From Tubiluchus corallicola (taxonomy: Eukaryota; Animalia; Priapulida): a stretch of DNA of 64,000 nucleotides. The translations under genes and the position numbers were made by a program. The notes under the pieces are model-generated. The model saw nothing but the letters and a program-made list of their open reading frames with translations. It searched no databases and had not been told where the DNA came from. Position 1 is the first letter of the stretch. Every line of letters starts with the position of its first letter. Shown here in pieces: positions 1 through 10,889 of the stretch. The stretch is from positions 186,001-250,000 of the forward strand of contig JAQGDQ010000302.1 of assembly GCA_030141605.1 (NCBI GenBank), read 5' to 3'.

Positions 1-889
1 ATTGTTTTCACTAAAAACTCATATCATACATAAACATGTTGTTAAACCTTAACTCTCCTTCACTTACTGAAAGTCGTTTAGTCTTAATCATACATAGCAT
101 TTTCCCATTCCTTTCTTTTTCCTTTTAATACTACATTTTCTGAATTCAGAGCATCCTTCAGTCTGTAAGTCGGTATACTGTACAAATATTATTTTAAACT
201 TAATCATTGCACTGCATCATATACTTTATGGGTGTAAATAGCCAACTGGTAAGTATTGACAAAAACGAGATTGTTGTTGCGACAAAAGGAAGTGATGGTA
301 TTACAAAATCTCAAAAATTGAATGCAACTACTTGTACTTGGTTGTCAGATGTCTCTTGACAGGTGTGGCAATATCAATCAATAACTCCATACGCTTGTGA
401 AAAACGTTAATACGCGGAAATGCGAATTTGGCGCACTGCCATTGTGTATATTTTTATCTTTATGCATGAGGCAATTGTTGTGTAGTCAGTAATGCAGCAA
501 TTAAAGCATTTAATATTCAGGTAACGTCGAAAGTACTTGCATCAATTAAGCATGAGAAGCGTTAATCAATCCCGCCTATACAGACATGTACAATAATTGC
601 GACGCGCTCGGGCGGTTTAGGTCGATATTATTATGTGCTTCCAGCATCGGCAATTACAAACACACGGGCAGCCGGCACAACAAGGGCCTCATCACATCAA
701 CCTGCCAGTCAATGCACAAGATAAACTGTTGCGAATATTATCGAGTTTTCCCACGAGCGTTTCTGCAGAATTTCACAAACATGGCCACTGGAGCGATCTC
801 TGCGTGAGATATATTACTGAGTCCTGTAAATCATTTTTCTTGGCAAAAATCTGTAACAATTAACAGCACAAAGAAGTGAAATACTGTTA

Positions 890-1210
890 TGAATGCCGTT
901 GTGAAATGCTGAATGAAAAACAGTGAGGTGAAGAATTTGAATAAACAGCTGAAGAAAGCTGGTGTGAAGACGTGTGGGAAGTTGAGGAATGCTAACACGA
1001 AGGAAGTTGGTCAGACTGTTCCAAAAGTGCTGATGTAAAAAGACTAGATAGACAGCAATGTTGATGTGAAGAAGTTGACAGAAAGAAGTTGGAGCAACAA
1101 CAGAGGAATGGTTATTGTGAAAAAGTTAGCTAGACAATTAAGAATGCGTTAATGTGAAAGATTTGGGTGTTCCTTTGGAGAATTACTAATGCAAAGAAGA
1201 TGGGTGGATT
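890..1210 (+). repeat. highly degenerate ~35-bp purine-rich minisatellite
   Basis: Recurring motif approximately gaatgctgatgtgaagaagttg. The period was estimated by eye. Confidence 0.55.
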
Positions 1211-2956
1211 TTAGAAGAAAATTAGATTTATATTAATGCAGCAAACAATTTACAAAATGTCATATTACCCTAAAGGTGTAAACATATGCAAGCAAAAATC
1301 AATTCATGTTGCAATCCACTGGATAAACAGATTACCATTTCTTTTTGATGCACCCATAAGTGTACCAAATAACTTTGCGGAAACTGTTTTGGCCAGATTG
1401 CAGATGCCATAATTAAGACCAGTGATAACTTTGCAAGCTTCATCTCAAACTAAGCCATATAATGATGCTACAGTCTTGACCAGTTATAAAAATAAATCCC
1501 AAATATTAAACTCTATGGTGATCTGTTAGTGATTATTCTCTGCACTCAATACAGGCATCAAGGGGATGTCATAAACAGCCAATCACGTGCACAATGCAAA
1601 TCCACAAACATTAAATAACGCTGACAAAAATCAAACTTATCAATTTCTACACAGAAACTGAGCCTTTCGTACATTACCATTTATCAAAGGGAAAATACCA
1701 AAAGAGTATATCACCTGCTTCAGTAAATTTCTTGTAGCAAAGCACTTTGGGATGAAGTTAAAGGAGTACTCCCTAGTCAAAAGAGAAAACTGTAACGCGA
1801 TCCTTTTGACCACCTAAGTAAAAATGCCTTTCCTTGAGTTATGAGTTGTTGAACACAAAGCCTAAGGGGCCGAAATGCATTACTCTTGCTTTTCATTTAA
1901 GTGCACATAGCGTGCTCTATTTTAAAAACTGACTAACATGAGCTTTTCTATATGCTTAGTTTAATGTATAGCAATGATGCACAATACAATTACACTGGAT
2001 ATTTCTTTACTCCTTAGAGGTTTTTGCACATGGGTACAACAATTGACGTCAAACAAAATGTCGTTCATTCTCAGTCAAGCTCTGCTAACTGTCCAATCAG
2101 TGTGCATATTTCTCACACGCCCACAGAAGCGGTTCATTACCTCGACTTTCCGGACAAGAGCTCTATGTATTGTCAGTATATGTTATAGTCTTATGAAAAA
2201 TGCTCAACTTTTCATAAAATTGCGGGAGAGAAATCAGCCTGGTTTTAGATCTTATTACAGGTTGTCGATTGTCTGTATTGTTGATTAAAATTGCAGGTGG
2301 AAAAACATAGTATAATTTCGTTTTTTATGGGAAGAAATGCGCAGCGCTTGCGTCTATAAGTTGCTGATTTTGCTATTACTAAAATGCTCAGTTTAGTTTA
2401 ATGTACGACCTTGCAAGCCAGATAAAGACAAGTATTGACTTTAAAAAATACGGATTAACTTAACGAGGTTAATTAGGCCGATCATATGACGCTGCTTTAA
2501 TGATCGCAAGTGTAAAATGGCCTACTTGAACAGAAGTGACAATGAAATTTATAACTTTATATTGAAGCCCGAGTTGGCAGGTATAAATGATTCAAGGTTA
2601 ACATGCATGTAAAAATTACAGCCTGAGCGCTTCCAGGTAGGTTGTAGGAATGGCCAGTTAGCAATAGTTGAATCCCAGCCGCAGAGTTGAACTCATCTAC
2701 GGGAATACGTGACAACTGTCAGGATTATGTGGTAAGCGAGCACACTCATAGGAATTCACATTCAAGCAAAATGTTTTTTTCTGGTCAGTTTTTATAAACC
2801 TCAATAAGATCTTCACGGTCCAGATTAATTCAAATGTGGTCAAAATTTATGTTATATGTTATACCACGTAAAATTTGTATCCTGAAATAGTCAATTTTAT
2901 GCTATTTTCCTGGTTATAATCATAATTAAAAGATTCCATTGGGACTTATAACTTAC

Positions 2957-2998
2957 GTAACTTGGACAAGATCGTTTACGGAATAAAATTTCTGTAGT
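2957..2998 (-). CDS. candidate 42-nt micro-exon (TTEILFRKRSCPSY)
   Basis: Long T-rich acceptor (tttttgcattttttcaactgtttgttAG), GTAAGT donor, open in phase 0 to 0. Confidence 0.4.
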
Positions 2999-3369
2999 CT
3001 AACAAACAGTTGAAAAAATGCAAAAAGTGGATATAAGCTCGCGATTACACGATTAGTTAAAATTAGAAAAAATACGTCGCAGGTATCTGTGTTCGTATAT
3101 TCAAAGGCAAAAGAGACTTTCGTAAATATATTTTGTTGCCCATTCATTGTAAAGCAAGGCTAACTTTGCTTAGTTCCTTTATTATACTAATGTCTCTACA
3201 TTTGCTTTGAAGCTTTGTCACTACATTCTGTTTAAATTGAAAAGTCATTTTTTGGCTACTTGAAGTGTTAATTTCGTGTAGAAATAGCTGCTGCTCAGCA
3301 AATTTGTGTTTATGAAAAAGATCAATCAGTTTATCTGCTGATTAAACATTAGTTGTGACTGTCATGTTG

Positions 3370-3638
3370 TTTAGTTTAGTTTAGTTTAGTTTAGTTTAGT
3401 TTAGTTTAGTTTAGTTTAGTTTAGTTTAGTTTAGTTTAGTTTAGTTTAGTTTAGTTTAGTTTAGTTTAGTTTAGTTTAGTTTAGTTTAGTTTAGTTTAGT
3501 TTAGTTTAGTTTAGTTTAGTTTAGTTTAGTTAGTTTAGTTTAGTTTAGTTTAGTTTAGTTTAGTTTAGTTTAGTTTAGTTTAGTTTAGTTTAGTTTAGTT
3601 TAGTTTAGTTTAGTTTAGTTTAGTTTAGTTTAGTTTAG
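3370..3638 (+). repeat. (TTTAG)n pentanucleotide microsatellite, ~53 units
   Basis: Near-perfect array with one 1-nt deletion near 3530. Confidence 0.98.
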
Positions 3639-4194
3639 ACAGTTGTTGTCCAGCGTGAGCTGTTGTCCCGAGTGTCACTGAGCGTGCTTACGTTACAGCG
3701 GAGGCGAACCGATAGACCAATATGTTTGACGACAATTATTCAACACTGCACTTGCACCAGATACAATGCAAAAACAATGCACTTACATCATACGTGCGTA
3801 AAATTGAAACATGAAAACGCTGATGATCAAATTTTACAAACAAAAGAGCTAAAAAAAACTTCGCACTTTTCCTTCAAGGCTTCAATATAATAGGGCAATG
3901 TATAGCTAATATCCTAGATTTTCCTTTAACACTTTAGTGTAAGTAGCTGGCTAGAAAGAAAGATAAAAAATCTACCTACAGCTTTTCTTAAAGATGTGCA
4001 GTAAACCTGCAGATGCTGAGCCATGTACATGTACGATACCTGTACCACTGCTGGCAGCAATTAGAGACCGTGTAGCACAAATAGCTCAACAAATTTTAAA
4101 ATTCAGGAGCCAGATAACAGTGACAGTCAATCTAACACTGATAGCAGCATGTAAAATTACTATACCAGCAAGAGTCGCAGACTGCTTAGACCAG

Positions 4195-4419
4195 ACGGTT
4201 TAGTCTAGTGGTACAACTACCAAGTCATACCAGACTTTAAAATGGTAGCTGGAGGATGGTATTTAGGGTAAAAGTGGGGTAATAATAGTCTCTCTTATGT
4301 AGTTGTAGATTGTTATTTACAGCCGGCCCAAAAGCTCTTTGGAGCTTATGTTAATTGCTCAGCCAAAAAGCCGACTTTAAATAAGGATTATTATTGTTAT
4401 TATTATTATTATTATTATT
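4195..4419 (+). mobile_element. SINE/LINE-tail remnant ending in (ATT)n
   Basis: tRNA A-box-like tagtctagtgg. The 3' end ccgactttaaataagg is shared with the LINE tail at 5390-5405 and is followed by an ATT repeat. Confidence 0.5.
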
Positions 4420-4869
4420 TGCGCTAATGGCGTTAAGCAAATCATCGGAGACCAGGTGCCAGGTGAATTAAAGCTAGCCAATGGCGATTATTGACACTGA
4501 CATTACTCGGCAAATTTCGCATGAGAATTGCGAACCAACAGGCTGAAGACAAATTGCTTTTATTGAAATGAACCCAAATCATGTATATTTTAATTCCTGT
4601 GAGCTTTCACCTGGCCCGTTTACAATTTACTTATTACGTACAGTGAATTCGAATTATAAATTGTTCAGGAACTCTGATCACACATCGGGAGAAGATTTAC
4701 CACAGGCTAACATAATGGAACGTTTTAGCAGCTTCTATTAATAAGCCCGGGGAAATTTGCTTTGCACAACCAGTTAATCATTCTAGATTGCAATAAGGAA
4801 GCTGAGGTCCCGTGGGACAGCGATTATGGACTCTTATGCTTCATTTTCAATGGCCAAAATAACCTGTAT

Positions 4870-5420
4870 TATACTATGCATACAAAATACAATTGCAAAT
4901 GTACCACGGGTCAAATCTATTAAATACGGTTTAAACTCTTTCCGATATTCTGCTGCAGTTTTGTGGAATAAATTGCCAAATGACATACGAAATGCATCTA
5001 GCTATTGTATGTTTCAAAAGATGATAATCTTGTGGAAAGATGACGAATGTAAATATACTGCAATGTATGTCGCACAAATTGACAATTTTATGTTTCTTCT
5101 GACACTGTACTTTTAAACTTTAAGCTGTTTTGTAATGTGATTTTAACTCAATTAATTATACTCGATTAATCCAATAAGTTAATTTTAGAGTTTAAGTTAG
5201 CATTTTATATGATTATTATTTTAATGTCTATTAGGGTCCAAAGTATTTTATTTTAGACGTATAATTGTAAAACCTTTTTAACACTTACGCACTATTTTAT
5301 ATCAGTAGATTAGCTTTGTGATATCAGCTTTGTGAAATCAGTTGGCTTAATAGCTCTTAGGCGCTAATGTTTTTATGTTAATGTAAAACCCGACTTTAAA
5401 TAAGGTTTGATTCGATTTGA
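4870..5420 (+). mobile_element. 5'-truncated LINE remnant (CR1/L2-group ORF2 C-terminus plus 3' UTR)
   Basis: Peptide VPRVKSIKYGLNSFRYSAAVLWNKLPNDIRNASS..F is typical of CR1/L2-group ORF2 ends. A T-rich UTR and an aaataa-microrepeat tail follow. Confidence 0.8.
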
Positions 5421-5808
5421 ATACGTAAACTGCACAGCATACGAAACATCTGTGTTGTGCTGAAGCAATGTTATAAAGAGCTCAGCATAAATTCGCTTAC
5501 TGGGCAAAAGTCATTGGTGGATAAATATGTAGATAAACTTTCATAGCAATTTTTTACACACGTATTCAGCGGAGATCAAAAACTGGAAACTTTTGCACCA
5601 TTTATTTATCATCCATCAGAATGCATCAGGCATTAGAACATATACGATCATAACTCAGAATAGTCAAACGAACGTCACTTGGTGTGCTTTGAATACACTG
5701 AGGTAAGTGAGGTTACACTGAGGTAGCAACCCAAACGTAGAGGCTGAATTAGTGATTGAATGCAATGGAAATATAATCATCGCTTACCATCTTAATCGCA
5801 TCCATGTA

Positions 5809-6550
5809 TCTATACTCTTATATTAATATTCTTGGTATATATATTTATTTATTTATATATATATAAGATTCGAGGCTACAGCTCCGACGAGGGCACCATT
5901 TGGGGCGATCTATATATCAAACGAAAGGTCTCGATCTAGTGTCGTCTCATTGATGGTTTATTTTTCGAATCGGGCCCACCGGGAGCAACGGGGGGCGAAA
6001 AACCTCCAAAAATGGCCCTTTTTCGGCCGTTTTTTGCAAAAGTTATACGGCTGAGATGTAGAGAACGGGAACGGGCCGAGGGTGGTGCTGGGTATGGATA
6101 GATAGCCCGTTCAGCGGTGGGTGTAGTAGGCCTATTTAGAATTCACGAGACGACCACGGCGCCCCGCAACGGGCGTTTTCCCGGACCCAACTCGCGATTT
6201 TTTCGAAATTTTGACCAAACAGCATGCGGGAAAAACGTTCTAGCGTCGCCCGGTGGGACTCTAGGAAGGAGATATATAGCTCTTTACAAAGAGGAAGGAC
6301 AGGGCTACACGACGATGTGGGATATATTTTAGGGCAGGTCCACCGAGAGGAGTATCAACGAGTTAGTTAGGAGTTCTATTTTCGGCAATTTTCACTTAGA
6401 AAACTGCTGACGCAAAGGCATTGTTGTGACGTCATCCATTGTACTCTGTCTATCTTATAACTTTAATTCAGCAAAAAGCTACAGGCTTTGCGTTAGTTAA
6501 ACAAACAGTAGACACGATGTTACGGGCTTCGTGTTATAAATGTGGACTAG
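5809..6550 (+). mobile_element. non-autonomous Helitron-like element, copy 1
   Basis: About 500 bp shared with 19573-20085. It starts A|TC, has a subterminal hairpin ACACGA...TCGTGT followed by CTAG, and shows no TIR or TSD. Confidence 0.65.
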
Positions 6551-6764
6551 GTAGGATGTTCGCGTATTATTGATTACACGTGTATTTATACGCAAAATCT
6601 TTTGTGGGGCGTTTGCTATTTATTATATTATAGCACATAGTTTCAACTTTGTGAAAAATGTTTGGAATGGTTTTGTTGTAATGCTGTGTTGTTGGTGCAT
6701 GTGCTATAGGTGTTGTCATCGTTGCCACCATCATCATCATCATCATCAACATCATGATCACCAC

Positions 6765-7755
6765 GTGAGGTGGTGGATTTGATGTGGTGTGGTGGTGGTG
6801 TGCTTTGTGTGTTGTGCTATGGATGGTGTGGTGGGGTGATAGGGTGTGTGGGGTGTGGTGTGGGTAGTGTGGTATGGAGTGGGTGGCGTGGTGTTATGGT
6901 GTGGTGCAGTGCGGTGTGATGTGGTGGAGTATTATGGTGTGGGTGGTGTGGTGTGGTGTGGTGTGTGGGTGGTGTGGTGTGGTGTGGTGCAGTGGTATGG
7001 TGTGGTGCAGTGTGGTGTGATGTGGTGGAGTCGTATGGTGTGGTTGGTGTGGTGTGGTATGTGGGTCGTGCGGTGTGCTGCAGTGGTATGTTGTGGTGCG
7101 GTGTGGTGTGATGTGGTGGAGTGGTATGGTGTGGGTGGTGTGGTGTGTAGGTGGGTGGGTGGTGTGGTGCAGTGTGGTGTTATGGTGTGGTGCTGTGCGG
7201 TGTGATGTGGTGGAGTATTATGGTGTGGGTGGTGTGGTGTGGTGTGGTGCAGTGTGGTGGAGTGGTATGGTGTGGGTGGTGTGGTGTATAGGTGGTATGG
7301 TGTGGTGCGGTGTGGTGTGATGTGGTGGAGTGGTATGGTGTGGGTGGTGTGGTGTGTAGGTGGTATGGTGTGGTGTGGGTGGTGTGGTGTGTAGGTGGGT
7401 GGGTGGTGTGGTGCAGTGTGGTGTTATGGTGTGGTGCTGTGCGGTGTGATGTGGTGGAGTATTATGGTGTGGGTGGTGTGGTGTGGTGTGTGGGTGGTGC
7501 AGTGGTATGGTGTGGTGCAGTGTGGTGTGATGTGGTGGAGTGGTATGGTGTGGGTGGTGTGATGTGTAGGTGGTATGGTGTGGTGCGGTGTGGTGTGATG
7601 TGGTGGAGTGGTATGGTGTGGGTGGTGTGGTGTGTAGGTGGGTGGGTGGTGTGGTGCAGTGTGGTGTTATGGTGTGGTGCTGTGCGGTGTGATGTGGTGG
7701 AGTGGTATGGTGTGGTGCAGTGTGGTGTGATGAGGTGGAGTGGTGTGGTGTGGGT
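6765..7755 (+). repeat. ~1 kb G/T-rich low-complexity satellite (GTGTG/TGG units with higher-order blocks)
   Basis: Repeated block GGTGTGATGTGGTGGAGTGGTATGGTGTGGGTGGTGTGG, preceded by (CAT)n at 6727-6760. Confidence 0.95.
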
Positions 7756-9124
7756 TTTGTGTTGATTTGTGCACAAAATTCTTTTTGTGGGGTTTGGCTA
7801 GTATAATAATCATTTCAGAAAAAATTGTCCTTATGCAAGGAAACAATGTAACTTCATCATTGTAATTATCATTCAAGTTGTTCGCATTTTTAACAATTTA
7901 AAGATTCATTTTAATCCAAACAGGACAATAGATAGTGTCTTTCATTGCGTCTTGAAATCTTAACAAAAGCTAAACTGATAAGCTCAGTCATCTGCAGGTG
8001 CTGACTGGCGTCACTAATTTAAGAATCAATGTCAATTACAGTGAATCAGTCGGCCAAAGCCACTCATTCAGTTAGTCGGTTAGTCAGCCAGTCGGTCAGT
8101 CAATGAATCAGTTAGTCAGTCTGGGTCAACTGACCTATTAACCAACCAAACTACTTACTGCCAATGAAAGCATGCATGCGTGTTTATATGTTAGTAGGAC
8201 TGGCAGACAACAGACAGACTGCACTAGAAGAGTCAGCACTAATCATCCTGACAAGATAAGACGCTCGTTACTTTATCAATTTTACAACAACCTCTTTAAT
8301 TCCCAGGAGGAAGGCTTCGATTTGCGTTGGCTAACATCCATTGAAGAATTTTAAAATTCTTCAATGGATGAAAAAGAGACCTAGGTTAATTAATGTAGAC
8401 TATACGTGAATTATTAACGTGAAGCTTGCCTGAGCAAAACACTGTGAGTTATATCAGTTACAAAAGCGCAATGCATATTTGAACATCGATCAATTCTTTT
8501 CCTCAAAAATCTTTAGTAAGCATAAACTTAAGATGACGATACACATAATTACGTTTGTATGACTGTGTTGGAATTATTGAAATTACACCAATTATTCAAC
8601 AGCATCGCATTCCGGCAGCAATAACCCGCATTGTATTAATCAGCATCATTATCTATAAATTAGCAATAACTCGCGTTGCGCTATATATGAAATTATAGAT
8701 CATAACACTAACCAGCACCTGCACGATTCAAAATTAACAATAACCTCCACAGATTTGCTTAATAACCAGCAGCATTTGACATTTAATTATTTAGGAAAAT
8801 TAATAGCCCGCTTTCTTCGCTTTCCATTAGATCATCGTGAAGACTGGTCCTTCTCTACAAATAACGCATGGAACAGTTTAAACAAGCACAAGAGCTATGC
8901 GAGAAGAAAACTGGTAAAAAACATCTTGCTTTAATTCTGGCCAGCGCAAATCAATGTTCCACAAAAATGAATAGGGGCGGGTGATTCGTTCAGATACACA
9001 AGTTTCCTCTGAACAATCATGTCAAATATGATTTAAACTGAACTAGCAGTTCAAAAGTTAGTTTGTCTTTACTTTACCACAATAAGAACAAAATAAAACA
9101 GGCAATTCCATTGCGGTGCTGGCC

Positions 9125-9348
9125 CAGGGCCTATTTCAGCCTAAGCGAGGCCCGGGGAAGTGGGGCGTGTGAGGCCTGGGGGGGGGGGGGGGGGTGGCGG
9201 GCGCCAACAGAAAACTTTTGAACTGCTAGAAGAGAAAATATGGAGTTATACAGTATGTTCGCATAAAGCAAAAATAAATAATGTTACCTCCCTGGAGGGT
9301 GAGGCCCCGGGGAAGTATCCCCACTCCCCCCCCCCGAAATAGGCCCTG
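9125..9348 (+). mobile_element. hAT-type MITE, internally deleted copy
   Basis: TIRs CAGGGCCTATTTC / GAAATAGGCCCTG. It is an inverted homologue of 22055-22572 with a degenerate GGTGCTG(g/c) target duplication. Confidence 0.85.
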
Positions 9349-10281
9349 GGTGCTGCAGCAGCAAAAGAAAAATGAGACTAGAGAAAATGCACACTAAGTT
9401 TTCATACATTTAACTACTAACTGGTAACTTCTCGCCTGCGTGATAGTAAACGCGCTCAAGCTGTTTCATGACAGTAATATGAAAGGGAAAACTGCATAAT
9501 ATTGGATAAAAGCTGCATCGATTTCCTCAGTTTATATGAACCAGACGTTCACATGTTCAACTATCAGCTAGGTCTGTTGCTCAAGGAAACGCAAACACAA
9601 GTAACAAGCATTTAAAATTCACTGCGTTAGGGTTCTCAGAAACATCAATATTAAAAAGCTAACATGTTTCCCTTTTAGAAAATCTTGTTTCTCTTAAGAG
9701 ACTGTTACTGACGCACTGTCTGTTCTGCTCAGCATAGCAAAACGAACAGAATCTAATGAGTTTTTGAAGAAAGAATCAACTGAAATGGTTATTGTTCTTA
9801 CTATTTTATCTTCAAACCACACGTGCAGGGATAGATCTAGTCCTTACGGATCCTTCTTTCCTATCACATTTGGAAGTATTCACACAACCGTAACAAATGA
9901 CCTCTTTACTTTGCTTTGTCATCAAATAATGCAAATATCATTGTTTTGGCTGATGACTGATCTGCACAATGATAAACTCAAAACAATGAACGTCATTCGA
10001 CATTCATTAGAAGCAAAAACAATTACAAGTATCACCTTTTCCTTCAGAGACCCCTTGGGGATATAAGTACATTATCATACCCATAACTGCTTGAAAAATA
10101 ACTAAGTTGTGTTAAAGATACTGCAGCATCTACTACTTTACATCTTCATAAATCTTTCAATTCGCAGTTCTCCTCTCATTAGCAGAATTTATTATGAATA
10201 AATCGCAACTGATCACAAGGTGGGATTCGCTGAGAGCCCCAAAGCACAAATGCATGTGTTGGATAATTATTAAGTACTTAC

Positions 10282-10323
10282 CAAAGAGGTTATCAGTAAC
10301 AGCTTGTCACGCGAGCAAAGGAG
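10282..10323 (-). CDS. candidate 42-nt exon (LLCSRDKLLLITSL)
   Basis: tattgcAG / TTG|GTAAGT, phase 0 to 0, 116 nt after the 10440 donor. The acceptor is mediocre. Confidence 0.3.
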
Positions 10324-10439
10324 CTGCAATACTGTCAGAAGATGGCTTCCCAACTTGGAGGAGCAACAGGCAACAATGCATTCCGCGTCACTTTAAGAGT
10401 GGAACAATGTGGAAAGAGCATTAGTAATATGTAACTTAC

Positions 10440-10889
10440 CGCCTGAATTACGCGTTTGAATCCCTGATTCCACAATGTAATAGAGCTGCGTTTCTGCGGA
10501 GCAGATTTCCCTTTCTGGCGTAGAGAACTGGCTGCAGTTGCCCAAGAAGGCCTCACTTGGCTGCGAGAGATCCGATTACACATGGGAGTACCTTCTGTAC
10601 TGTCCACATCAGGAATGCTGATGCTGTCTGCTGCCATTGCCAAATTGCGACGTTTAGGAATGAGAAAATCTGGTTTGGCATTGTCACTGATCAACCGGTC
10701 CAACTTGGTCAAACTAAGAGCCACCAGACGCTCTTCGTAATCAATGAGGTGAGGTACCACAACAGTGGGCATGCTGACTGACCGTTCAAGATGGCGCGGT
10801 GTGAATTCTGGCTTGCGCACTTTTGGTGTAAGGTTGGAGATTGCCTGTTTCAGCGGAGACAAGAGACCCACAAAGGACACAAAATCCAT
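10440..10889 (-). CDS. unc-13: probable alternative first coding exon of unc-13 (150 aa, MDFVSFVG...SSITLWNQGFKRVIQA)
   Basis: 450-nt open frame from ATAATGG to a GCG|GTAAGT donor in phase 0. GC content is raised, it is on the same strand as unc-13, and it ends in a W-x3-F-x2-V CaM-type motif. Confidence 0.75.

Noticed and set aside
3370-3638. Telomeric repeat
   Set aside because: The unit is TTTAG, not TTAGG or TTAGGG, and it is intronic; an ordinary microsatellite.
5788-5805. ATGGATGCGATTAAGATG|GTAAGC (MDAIKM) mini first exon
   Set aside because: It is phase 0, but only 18 nt and directly abuts a transposon end, so it cannot be distinguished from chance.
6117-6332. Duplicated small gene (similar to ORF 19874..20098)
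   Set aside because: Both ORFs lie inside copies of the same non-autonomous repeat, start with GTG, and show no protein motif.
6567-7876. V/W/C/G-rich and H/T/P-rich ORFs
   Set aside because: These are translations of low-complexity GT and CAT repeats.
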